Source: a virus (lineage: Duplodnaviria > Heunggongvirae > Uroviricota > Caudoviricetes). From it: 64,000 nucleotides of DNA. Position numbers and translations under genes: made by a program. Positions 1 to 8,523 of the stretch are shown here, one piece after another (position 1 is the stretch's first letter; each line of letters begins with the position of its first letter). The stretch lies in IMG/VR virus record IMGVR_UViG_2537561978_000005; one strand, given 5' to 3'. The notes under the pieces were generated by a model. The model did no database searches. It was given only the letters and a program-made list of their open reading frames with translations, and was not told where the DNA came from.

Positions 1-75
1 CGCGGACAGTGGATCGCAAAAGTGAAACATGTTGTTCGTTTGTCTCGCTGGTAGCATTAGATATTTAGTATTAAT

Positions 76-87
76 TTTCTAATACAT
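76..87. promoter_or_regulatory. operator-like motif TTTTCTAATACA upstream of the lpa-position ORF
   Basis: member of a TTTCTAAYA-core motif family recurring in >=8 intergenic regions; core resembles recalled P1 C1 operator consensus ATTGCTCTAATAAATTT. Confidence 0.3.
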
Positions 88-162
88 TCATCTTTTTACC
101 AGTCTATACAGTTTTAACATTCTCATTATCATCCCCTCGGTCATTTCCTGCCCGGGGGATTA

Positions 163-555
163 ATGGAACAAATCAGCAGCGCAGAAATTGCGGATATCAT
201 GATCAGGGCTGACTGCTATCTGACAGTCACTGAAATTACCACTCTCGCCAAAGAAAAATACCCTCATCTCCATGTTTCACGAGTAAGTGTAACTAACATC
301 ATTCGTCATTTTGTTCGTTCAAGCAGGGCAATCTGTGAGCTTGATGATCGTGTTTACCCACGAAAATACTGGTTGCATGGCCTGAACGGATATCAGTTCA
401 AGGTGCGTGGGCGAACCCCTGAATATGGCAGTTTACTGGTTAAAAACTGTAGCAGGAAATCAGTCGAACAGGCGCGAAAAGAGCAACGAGAGCTGGTGGA
501 CATGGCGAATAAGCTGTGGAATGCCGCCGTTAAAAAGCGTGGTGTTGCTTTATGA
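163..555 (+). CDS. small protein at the position of P1 lpa (late promoter activator); function unverified
   Basis: 130-aa ORF; stop overlaps pacA-like start (ATGA at 552-555); synteny lpa-pacA-pacB. Confidence 0.35.
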   Translation: MEQISSAEIADIMIRADCYLTVTEITTLAKEKYPHLHVSRVSVTNIIRHFVRSSRAICELDDRVYPRKYWLHGLNGYQFKVRGRTPEYGSLLVKNCSRKSVEQARKEQRELVDMANKLWNAAVKKRGVAL

Positions 556-1916
556 GTCTGGTTAATTGGGAGGAGCACCGCGCCCGCTTTATAGCGTTGC
601 GTGAAGAAAAAGGGATCACTGTAAAGGAATACTGTGAGGAGCATGGCCTTAGCTTCAATACAGCCAGAAAGCATCTCAATATGAAAAAAAATGAGGTGCG
701 GTCGCAGGTAAAGACAACAAAAAAAAGCACCAAATCACCTGAAAAAAAACGGGCGGGAAGAGCAACAAAAAAGCTGGAAGAGGGTGCAGAAAAAACAAAA
801 TTTACAGAAATTGACAATTCGCAGGGCGCAGGTTCTTTCCGAAGTATGCCGAGAAAGAAAACTTCGGATCATGAAAATAATTCAAATAATAACAATGAGA
901 TAAAAGAATCTGTCAGGAGATCATTGCGCGAAAAAATGGCGAAAATGATCCCCGAAGAAGATAAAAACGCCCCAAAAATTGAGGGATCTTCTGCAATGAT
1001 CCCTGACGGTGCTGTGCAGCGTGCCACATTGCCAACTACGAATGTGGCTCGCGATATGATGAAGAACGGCGCAGAAGAACACCTGCGGTTAGCAATTCAA
1101 ATGGCGCAAGAGCGCGCACTTCAGTATCAAAGCATTGTTGATCAGGAGGCCGAACGTCTACAGGCGGAAATAGACGCCTTGGGCGATAAAGAGCCAGAAG
1201 GAATGCACCCTGGGCAGCGCCTTCTCGGTCTAATCAGTGACGCGGCCTACTACATGAATGATTTTATCAGTAGGTTGGCAGCTATATATCAGTCCGAACA
1301 AAAGCTGCGACAGGGGGATGAAAAGCTTCGTCAGAGCGCTCGCCAGCAAGCATTCAAAGAGGCTGAGGCCAGAGAAAAACTCGAATTAGCACGCCTACAG
1401 GCCGAACAGCGTGGCAAAGAGATTGAATATCGCATTGGCGCTGACGCACGCGCAGCCAGAGTTATCGCCGCCGCTATACGTATGCGTGAGCGCGAGGAAC
1501 TGGATGATATCGGTGTTGCTGAATACATCGAGCGCCAGGGTGTCAGCGTCCCGGCTATCCTCGCGGCGCGCGCGGCGAAAGCTATCACTCTTCTCGAACC
1601 ACCTGTTTCTGACGTCAATGATGTTGATGATGAACAGCTGGACAAAGAGGCAAGGGAGTTTGCAACGCTTCAGGCTAACCATCCGCAATGGCTGGCAGAG
1701 CGCCGGGCGGATGTGGCAACCATTGTTGAAGAATTGGGGTGCGGAGATTACGACCGCAATGGCGAGCGTAAAGCTGGAGAATTCGAGGCCAACGACGAAG
1801 AGCTGGATATTGACCCTTCGGCAACGGCTGAAATTTACGGTGATTATGATGCATCTGATGCAGGGTATGACGCCGGAGATGATGATATCGCGATAGAACC
1901 GCCGGAGGATGATTAA
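552..1916 (+). CDS. pacA: terminase small subunit-like protein (PacA-like)
   Basis: 454-aa ORF translationally coupled (TAATG at 1914-1918) to large terminase; contains GATC-rich pac-like cluster. Confidence 0.55.
   Translation: MSLVNWEEHRARFIALREEKGITVKEYCEEHGLSFNTARKHLNMKKNEVRSQVKTTKKSTKSPEKKRAGRATKKLEEGAEKTKFTEIDNSQGAGSFRSMPRKKTSDHENNSNNNNEIKESVRRSLREKMAKMIPEEDKNAPKIEGSSAMIPDGAVQRATLPTTNVARDMMKNGAEEHLRLAIQMAQERALQYQSIVDQEAERLQAEIDALGDKEPEGMHPGQRLLGLISDAAYYMNDFISRLAAIYQSEQKLRQGDEKLRQSARQQAFKEAEAREKLELARLQAEQRGKEIEYRIGADARAARVIAAAIRMREREELDDIGVAEYIERQGVSVPAILAARAAKAITLLEPPVSDVNDVDDEQLDKEAREFATLQANHPQWLAERRADVATIVEELGCGDYDRNGERKAGEFEANDEELDIDPSATAEIYGDYDASDAGYDAGDDDIAIEPPEDD
867..1001. other. 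candidate pac site: five GATC hexamers (GGATCA, AGATCA, TGATCC, GGATCT, TGATCC) in 135 bp
   Basis: GATC at 867, 918, 947, 985, 998 inside pacA; P1 pac is a cluster of Dam-methylatable TGATCA/G hexamers within pacA. Confidence 0.4.
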
Positions 1917-3424
1917 TGGCTGGCGGGCGCAAGATTAAATGCGTCACCAGCGATCCACGCTGGCGCGATATGGTAATCAAATACCGCTACAACTTTACCC
2001 AGGCTGTAGTCGATATTTTTGGGATGTTCCCCTCCCACCAGCAGCAGCAGATCATTCAGTCAGTGCAGGAAACGGGGAGTAGGACGACCGTCACGTCCGG
2101 ACACGGAACGGGGAAGTCGTCCCTTACCGCGATGTTGCTGTTGATTTTTATGATCCTGTTCCCCGATGCCCGTGTCATCATTGTTGCTAACAAGATAGGC
2201 CAGGTAAAAACAGGCGTATTCAAATACGTTAAACAGTATTGGGCGAATGCAGTTAAGCGTCATGGGTGGTTGCAGACCTATTTTGTCCTCTCTGACACCA
2301 TGTTTTATGAGCGCTCCCGTAAGGGGATTTGGGAAGTTCTCTGCAAAGGTTATCGACTCGGCAACGAAGAAGCGCTGGCGGGGGAACACGCGGCACATTT
2401 GCTTCTAATTCTGGATGAAGCATCTGGTATATCTGATAAGGCGATCGGCGTAATGACCGGTGCTCTTACTGAAGAAGATAACCGGATGTTGATGCTATCC
2501 CAGCCAACAAGGCCAAGTGGTTATTTCTACGATTCGCACCATTCTCGAGCAAAAACCCCAGACAACCCGAAAGGGATCTGGACAGCAATTGTTCTTAACT
2601 CGGAAGAATCACCGTTCGTCACACCACAATTCATCAAGGAGAAGCTTCTGGAATATGGTGGGCGCGATTCTATTGAGTACATGGTCAAGGTGCTTGGTCA
2701 GTTCCCACGAGAAATTAACGGCTATTTGCTTGGTCGTGATGAATGCGATCGCTCTGCTCGCCGCAAGGTGTTGTTGGAGAAAAACTGGGGATGGGTGGCA
2801 ACGGCTGACGTTGGTAATGGGCGAGATAAGTCGGTCCTCAACATCTGCAAGGTATCAGGTCACAGGGATAAGCGGCGCGTTGTTAACTTTAAGGTAATGG
2901 AGATGCCTGGCACTATGGACCCATTGGCCTTTGCTGACTTCATATATAACGAATGTACGCCGGAAAAATACCCGAATATAACAATCGCGGTTGATGCTGA
3001 TGGTTTTGGTTCTGATACGTGTGCGCAGTTGGTGCGTCGTGGTGCGAACCCGGTACGTATTCGGTGGGGAAAACCCATGTTTGCGAACAAAGACAGGGAG
3101 CGATTTGTTAATCAGCGTGCCTACGCAAATATTATGGCGCGAGATGCCATAAAGTCAGGGCGTATGCGGATAGACAGTGACCCTAAAACGGCAGAGCAAG
3201 CGTCAAAAATCCCCTTTTTACTGAATGAAGAAGGGAAAATGGCGATGATGCGCAAAGAGCACATGCGGCAAAAGCTAAACATCAAATCGCCTGACCGATG
3301 GGATACCTACTGCTTCACTATGCTGGTGGACTATGTGCCTGCTAATGAAGATATTGGTGCCGAAATGGCAACTTTCCGAGATCAGGTTCTGGCGGATATC
3401 GAAATGCCGGATCTGGATATATAA
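1916..3424 (+). CDS. pacB: terminase large subunit (PacB-like)
   Basis: 502 aa; Walker A SGHGTGKS, Walker B LLLILDEAS, C-terminal acidic nuclease-type motifs ATADVGNG and IAVDADGFG. Confidence 0.8.
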   Translation: MAGGRKIKCVTSDPRWRDMVIKYRYNFTQAVVDIFGMFPSHQQQQIIQSVQETGSRTTVTSGHGTGKSSLTAMLLLIFMILFPDARVIIVANKIGQVKTGVFKYVKQYWANAVKRHGWLQTYFVLSDTMFYERSRKGIWEVLCKGYRLGNEEALAGEHAAHLLLILDEASGISDKAIGVMTGALTEEDNRMLMLSQPTRPSGYFYDSHHSRAKTPDNPKGIWTAIVLNSEESPFVTPQFIKEKLLEYGGRDSIEYMVKVLGQFPREINGYLLGRDECDRSARRKVLLEKNWGWVATADVGNGRDKSVLNICKVSGHRDKRRVVNFKVMEMPGTMDPLAFADFIYNECTPEKYPNITIAVDADGFGSDTCAQLVRRGANPVRIRWGKPMFANKDRERFVNQRAYANIMARDAIKSGRMRIDSDPKTAEQASKIPFLLNEEGKMAMMRKEHMRQKLNIKSPDRWDTYCFTMLVDYVPANEDIGAEMATFRDQVLADIEMPDLDI

Positions 3425-3425
3425 A

Positions 3426-3442
3426 GCCCCGCGATGCGGGGC
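3426..3442. terminator. GC hairpin GCCCCGC-GAT-GCGGGGC between convergent genes
   Basis: perfect 7-bp stem between pacB stop and end of minus-strand gene; A/T-rich flank on minus side. Confidence 0.4.
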
Positions 3443-3451
3443 CGGTTGTGA

Positions 3452-4489
3452 TTACCAGAGCTTCGCGGCGTACTGCGTTTGGGGGAATGTGTATCCGTAA
3501 CGTTCTTCGATTGCTTTGCCGTATTTTTTACGAGCTTCATTCAGTTTTATGCCGGTCAGGTCGTCTCCAGAGGCCATCATTACGTCTAACAATTCCAGAT
3601 CCATTTTATCCAGCCTTGCCATTGCTTCACGTGATGTACGTATCTTACGCTCAATGATATGGCGAATAGCCGGATCGGCATCCTCCAGCATCTTAGCGGA
3701 TTTCTGCTTAAGGCTTTCATTGCGAATATCGATGTTCCTTAAGATGTACGACTTCGCAACGTAGCTTGGCTGGTGTTTTTCCAGGTCACGAACACGATAT
3801 AAGTTAAAATCGCCGAGAAGGCTGCAAGGTACCGATTCGACGCCAGAATAAATTGTAATGCTCCGGCGCTCACCAACATTATTGACAACGGGGATCGTTG
3901 TCTTCGGTAGTCTTGCGAAAACCAATGCGCCATGTGCGCCAACTCTAAAGCGAGAAAGGGCATTGCTGCCTTCGATGTTTGTTGTCAGCACAACATCTGT
4001 ATATGCCTCTTTACGCGCCCGGTAGATCTCGCCTTCAGGCTCAGCTTCAAAGAAGCGCTGTTCTTCTTCAAGAGCACCTACGATTTGAGAAAAAACCCTA
4101 TTTTTCAGGCTTTTCTTTATGATTTTGTCGTATTTTTTGAGCAATTGTTCACGTGTAAATGTACGTGTTGTTGTAGCGCTTTGCACAACAACATGCGTGC
4201 TTTGATTGGTGTCCTCAATGATGAATGGGATCGGAGAATATACAGACTCAACAATGTTCGACGCTTTGCCGTCGGCATCGCGGCACATGTCAACGAAGGC
4301 TTTCCATTCAGCAAGACATTTTTCAGCTTCTTCTAATATGTTTTGGTCATGCGTTAATGCAACATGGCGGAATTCCTCGCCAGCATAACTGGTATCATGG
4401 AAAACAGAGTTTGCGACCACCAGCTCTTTCCACCGTTCAGCGGTTTGCAGGAACCGTTTGTACTCTTTCTCGATCGACTTCTTACTCAT
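3452..4489 (-). CDS. hypothetical protein at the position of the P1 c1/immC repressor gene; identity unverified
   Basis: 345-aa ORF convergent with pacB; operator-like motif immediately upstream; no motif I can assign. Confidence 0.55.
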   Translation of the reverse strand: MSKKSIEKEYKRFLQTAERWKELVVANSVFHDTSYAGEEFRHVALTHDQNILEEAEKCLAEWKAFVDMCRDADGKASNIVESVYSPIPFIIEDTNQSTHVVVQSATTTRTFTREQLLKKYDKIIKKSLKNRVFSQIVGALEEEQRFFEAEPEGEIYRARKEAYTDVVLTTNIEGSNALSRFRVGAHGALVFARLPKTTIPVVNNVGERRSITIYSGVESVPCSLLGDFNLYRVRDLEKHQPSYVAKSYILRNIDIRNESLKQKSAKMLEDADPAIRHIIERKIRTSREAMARLDKMDLELLDVMMASGDDLTGIKLNEARKKYGKAIEERYGYTFPQTQYAAKLW

Positions 4490-4507
4490 TATTCCTACTC
4501 GATTTAG

Positions 4508-4524
4508 TTTTCTAACATAAAATT
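4508..4524. promoter_or_regulatory. operator-like motif TTTTCTAACATAAAATT upstream of 3452..4489
   Basis: TTTAGTTTTCTAACATA shared almost exactly with the site at 18701-18719 (reverse orientation). Confidence 0.35.
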
Positions 4525-4698
4525 ACTATGACAAATTTATGTCGAATAACAGAGTGAGTAAAGGATCGAACTGTGATTTTTTGTCATCAAATTTAGAAAA
4601 CCAACTGTATAAACCACGCTTCGCAAATTAAAGACCATGAAGGCAACGTGTTACTGGTCAGAATCAATCTGTGATGGATTAAAAAAAATCGCCATTTT

Positions 4699-4732
4699 AT
4701 AACTTTAAATAATTGGCATTATTTAAAGTTAG
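4699..4732. other. lox-like site: 13-bp inverted arms ATAACTTTAAATA / TATTTAAAGTTAG around 8-bp asymmetric spacer ATTGGCAT
   Basis: 34-bp architecture and arms resemble loxP (ATAACTTCGTATA-8bp-TATACGAAGTTAT); 150 bp upstream of cre-like gene. Confidence 0.7.
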
Positions 4733-4883
4733 GCTATAATTATGGGTAGATGATCAGTATTGACATCACTGAAAATACGCGCCTCGAATCAAAGGCTTGA
4801 ATCTTGAAAATTAACTTATAGCTACCCTGTCATTTTTATATTTTTCGCGTAGCGTTATCTGTATATAGAGGTTAAATAGTTTC

Positions 4884-5912
4884 ATGAGTGAATTAATTAT
4901 CTCTGGCAGCTCCGGTGGTTTTCTGCGCAACATTGGCAAAGAGTACCAGGAGGCCGCAGAAAACTTTATGCGGTTCATGAATGACCAGGGGGCTTATGCG
5001 CCGAATACTCTGCGCGACCTCCGGTTGGTGTTTCATTCATGGGCGCGCTGGTGTCACGCTCGCCAGCTTGCCTGGTTTCCGATCTCACCAGAAATGGCCC
5101 GCGAGTATTTTCTTCAGCTGCATGATGCCGATCTGGCTTCGACCACCATTGATAAGCACTACGCCATGCTGAATATGCTGCTTTCGCATTGTGGCCTTCC
5201 GCCACTTTCGGATGATAAAAGTGTTTCTCTGGCTATGCGGCGCATCCGGCGCGAAGCGGCAACTGAAAAAGGCGAACGAACAGGCCAGGCTATACCGCTT
5301 CGGTGGGACGATCTGAAACTGCTCGACGTCCTGTTGTCCAGGTCAGAACGGCTGGTGGACCTGCGCAACCGGGCTTTTCTCTTTGTTGCATACAATACGC
5401 TGATGCGTATGTCGGAAATCTCGCGTATTCGTGTAGGAGATCTGGATCAAACAGGTGACACTGTCACGCTACATATTTCACACACGAAGACAATAACGAC
5501 CGCCGCCGGGCTTGATAAGGTGCTTTCCCGTCGCACTACCGCTGTGCTGAATGACTGGCTGGATGTTTCCGGGCTTCGCGAACATCCTGACGCAGTGCTG
5601 TTCCCGCCGATACACCGTAGCAATAAGGCCAGGATCACGACAACGCCCCTTACTGCACCTGCAATGGAGAAAATATTCAGCGACGCCTGGGTGTTGCTGA
5701 ATAAAAGAGATGCTACGCCAAACAAAGGAAGATACCGGACGTGGACCGGGCATAGTGCACGCGTCGGGGCCGCTATTGATATGGCTGAAAAGCAGGTGTC
5801 TATGGTGGAGATCATGCAGGAAGGAACCTGGAAGAAACCGGAAACACTTATGCGGTATCTTCGCCGTGGCGGCGTGTCTGTGGGGGCTAATAGCCGCCTG
5901 ATGGATTCGTAA
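4884..5912 (+). CDS. cre: Cre-like tyrosine site-specific recombinase
   Basis: 342 aa; aligns along its length with recalled P1 Cre incl. NRAFLFVAYNTLMRMSEISRIRVGDL, HSARVGAA, catalytic Y in LMRYLRRG. Confidence 0.9.
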   Translation: MSELIISGSSGGFLRNIGKEYQEAAENFMRFMNDQGAYAPNTLRDLRLVFHSWARWCHARQLAWFPISPEMAREYFLQLHDADLASTTIDKHYAMLNMLLSHCGLPPLSDDKSVSLAMRRIRREAATEKGERTGQAIPLRWDDLKLLDVLLSRSERLVDLRNRAFLFVAYNTLMRMSEISRIRVGDLDQTGDTVTLHISHTKTITTAAGLDKVLSRRTTAVLNDWLDVSGLREHPDAVLFPPIHRSNKARITTTPLTAPAMEKIFSDAWVLLNKRDATPNKGRYRTWTGHSARVGAAIDMAEKQVSMVEIMQEGTWKKPETLMRYLRRGGVSVGANSRLMDS

Positions 5913-5915
5913 ATT

Positions 5916-5930
5916 AAATTTCTAACACAT
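5916..5930. promoter_or_regulatory. operator-like motif AAATTTCTAACACAT downstream of cre
   Basis: TTTCTAACA core. Confidence 0.3.
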
Positions 5931-5985
5931 CTTTTTAGATTAACGCCTTTGCTGTAAAGTACCCTCGCCTATTTAGGAGGGTGCT

Positions 5986-6330
5986 TTGCAGAGTCAAATC
6001 ACGGAATCAAGACGCTTCAAGGTGGATGGTTACACCGTAACCTTCGCCGCTGGTGTTAAGAACAGTCATGCTGTCGTTGTGTTCGGCATCATGACCGGGC
6101 TTGAGGCCGTCCCTGTGTTTACCCTCGAAAAAAACTGGCGAAATCTGGAGGAAGCAGAAAGCTACGTCCGGAAAGTAACCATCATTGCCGCCGAAAAACT
6201 CCTGGCCCACTATCAGGAAAATTATCGCACTATGGTCGAGAAGATTAATCTCGCTTTCACTCGCCCCACTACCGGCTTTATTGCACCGGATACTAATGCC
6301 GGTCGATATCCTGCAAGGGGGTGTCGGTGA
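5986..6330 (+). CDS. hypothetical protein
   Basis: 114-aa ORF, TTG start with AGGAGGG RBS 5 nt upstream. Confidence 0.5.
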   Translation: MQSQITESRRFKVDGYTVTFAAGVKNSHAVVVFGIMTGLEAVPVFTLEKNWRNLEEAESYVRKVTIIAAEKLLAHYQENYRTMVEKINLAFTRPTTGFIAPDTNAGRYPARGCR

Positions 6331-6803
6331 AAACTTATTACCCATCTCTGAATTGTTACCCGTCTTCCTATCCAGAATTATCCGGGAAGCTGTTAGCTCT
6401 ATTAGCTAAAGCACCTACGGAATGGTTTAAGCCAGTCGTTATCAATCCACACTTCCTGGGTTACGGATCTGTTCGCACTCGTAACGAACTCAAAAACCTA
6501 CTGGCGCATGGATTCATTCGACACCGTGCCGGGAAAGGCTATCAGTTAGCGATTGCGCCAGAAGAGGCCGTGCGGCTATTCGCATATCGTGACAGCCAGA
6601 CAAAAACTCGGGTAATAGCTCAAATACTTCATAACGGCAGCACCTATGCCCGCCAGTTTGGCGGCGACACGTCGCAGTTCTTGCGGGCGGTGCGATCGCT
6701 GGATGAGCAAGGAGTTATTGAAAGTTCCTGTCTTCCTGTTCCTACCGTTCCACATATCAAACGTCGGGTTTACACCTTCACGCAGAGAGCTAAAAAACAA
6801 TGA
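6321..6803 (+). CDS. hypothetical protein
   Basis: 160-aa ORF; stop overlaps dut start (ATGA). Confidence 0.5.
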   Translation: MSVKTYYPSLNCYPSSYPELSGKLLALLAKAPTEWFKPVVINPHFLGYGSVRTRNELKNLLAHGFIRHRAGKGYQLAIAPEEAVRLFAYRDSQTKTRVIAQILHNGSTYARQFGGDTSQFLRAVRSLDEQGVIESSCLPVPTVPHIKRRVYTFTQRAKKQ

Positions 6804-7294
6804 TTTACGTAAAAGTGAAACGCCTACATCCGGCAGCAAAACTTCCAGCTTATGCCACCTCCGGATCGGCGGCGATGGATTTTGAGGCTGTTGAAATAAA
6901 ACCATGCGTCGATAGCAATGGTGCAATTTCCTCAAGCTGGTGGGTGTATACCGGACTGGCTATGGAGATCCCGCCCGGCTGGTGTCTGAAACTCTATCCG
7001 CGATCAGGATTGGGCTGCAAAAAACATACTCGCCTGGCTAACTGCGTAGGAATTATCGACTCCGATTATCGCGGCGAAATCATGGCAAAACTGATTACTG
7101 ATCCCGGCGGGGAAGGCGTTTGTCTCAAGCCTGGAATGGCTGTCATGCAAGGAATTTTTGAGCGTGTTGAACAAGTCTCACTAGTCGAGGTTGAGGAACT
7201 CAACGAAACGGAGCGTGGTGCTGGTGGCTTTGGTAGCACATCGGAAGGCCACTTTGAAATTAAGCGTTCACCGCTTCAGTACGAAAAGTTATAA
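6800..7294 (+). CDS. dut: dUTP diphosphatase (dUTPase)
   Basis: 164 aa; motifs RSGLG and GIIDSDYRGEI typical of trimeric dUTPases. Confidence 0.8.
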   Translation: MIYVKVKRLHPAAKLPAYATSGSAAMDFEAVEIKPCVDSNGAISSSWWVYTGLAMEIPPGWCLKLYPRSGLGCKKHTRLANCVGIIDSDYRGEIMAKLITDPGGEGVCLKPGMAVMQGIFERVEQVSLVEVEELNETERGAGGFGSTSEGHFEIKRSPLQYEKL

Positions 7295-7308
7295 GCAGAG
7301 AAAAGACT

Positions 7309-7749
7309 ATGAATAACATGGCAACGAAAGAGCTTTTTAAGTTCCGTCCCAAATACAAAGCTCACAAAAAAAATGGAACCACGGTCATCATTACGGATGA
7401 CAACGGCGTGATGATTAATCTTACCGGGAGCGTAACTATTTCTGCTGGTGGCATCACCACCCAGCAAGAAGAAATCGACCTTGAAGCAGCCGACTTTTCA
7501 GACGCGCTGATGTGGCTGAAGGAAGGCAAGAAAGTTGCTCGACGCGGGTGGAACGGCGAAAACCAATTCTGCTGGCTGGTTCCTGAAGGACAGTACCCGG
7601 CACGAATGGAAGCCATTAAGGGATATTTCCCCGGCGACCTCGTTCCGTATGGTGCTTATTTCGCCTTAAAAAATGCACAAGGTGTAGTTGTTCCGTGGGT
7701 GCCTTCAGTTGGCGACCTGCTGGCCTGTGACTGGTTTGTTGTGGAGTGA
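7309..7749 (+). CDS. small protein with a DUF2829-like module (family recalled to include Thoeris anti-defence Tad2); unverified
   Basis: 146 aa; ALMWLKEGKKVARRGW ... VPSVGDLLACDWFVVE; same module at C-terminus of 23238..24179 product. Confidence 0.45.
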   Translation: MNNMATKELFKFRPKYKAHKKNGTTVIITDDNGVMINLTGSVTISAGGITTQQEEIDLEAADFSDALMWLKEGKKVARRGWNGENQFCWLVPEGQYPARMEAIKGYFPGDLVPYGAYFALKNAQGVVVPWVPSVGDLLACDWFVVE

Positions 7750-7755
7750 TTTGAC

Positions 7756-8523
7756 ATGGAAAGCACTAAAACAATTCAATACCGCTTGCGTAATGGCCTG
7801 CTGGTGGCTGTTAACGCCGACATGTCACTGCCGTTTGACACGATTGAACGCACTATCATGACGTATCTCGGCTTTAATGAAGAGCTGAATGAAGAGCATG
7901 GCGTAGCTATATGGAGTGATGCAGACAGCGGCGTTCGTCGTTACATCACCGCCAGGGGCAAAGACTACTCTCTGGAAGAACTGTTTGCCCTTGCGCAGTC
8001 TTTCGAATGTGTAGCATTAGACCTGTTTAATGATCCTGCTATAGCGCAACGACTTATACGCGAGCTTGGGCTATCCGTTACACCAATTATATTTAAAAAT
8101 GGCAGCCTGACTGGCACATGGCGCGTAGAACGCATCTCAAACTACCTTCCATATAACCGACAGTTAAATGGAGTAATCTCCGGCGTTAACCAGCCCGTAG
8201 CGTGTGAAAATGTAAACCTAGTTGTCGCTGTTTTGGCAACCGCATGTCGTGTTATCGGTTTGGCTAAACAGGCATTTATTCATTTCCCAAATGGTGCAGA
8301 AGGTAGCGCAGAGATTATCGCGTGTGATTTCGAATTTACCTGGATGCTACGCGAATATCTGGACCAAACAGTATTCCGTGCCGAAGAACTGGATATGTAT
8401 ATCACGTCAACGATTCCAGACGATGTGCGAGCTGAAGCAATCGCTACAGCCAGGGCGAAATGCCGTGCGGCGATTGCAGAACAGGCCAAAGAAGAAGTTA
8501 AGGAAGTGGCAGATGGCGACTAA
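7756..8523 (+). CDS. hypothetical protein
   Basis: 255-aa ORF; 3' end overlaps next gene by 11 bp. Confidence 0.5.
   Translation: MESTKTIQYRLRNGLLVAVNADMSLPFDTIERTIMTYLGFNEELNEEHGVAIWSDADSGVRRYITARGKDYSLEELFALAQSFECVALDLFNDPAIAQRLIRELGLSVTPIIFKNGSLTGTWRVERISNYLPYNRQLNGVISGVNQPVACENVNLVVAVLATACRVIGLAKQAFIHFPNGAEGSAEIIACDFEFTWMLREYLDQTVFRAEELDMYITSTIPDDVRAEAIATARAKCRAAIAEQAKEEVKEVADGD

Noticed and set aside
8222-8512. Long N-terminal extension of the terminase-paralogue ORF as given in the ORF track
   Set aside because: Extension overlaps the preceding gene in another frame; homology to PacB begins at the internal ATG 8513, which has an RBS.
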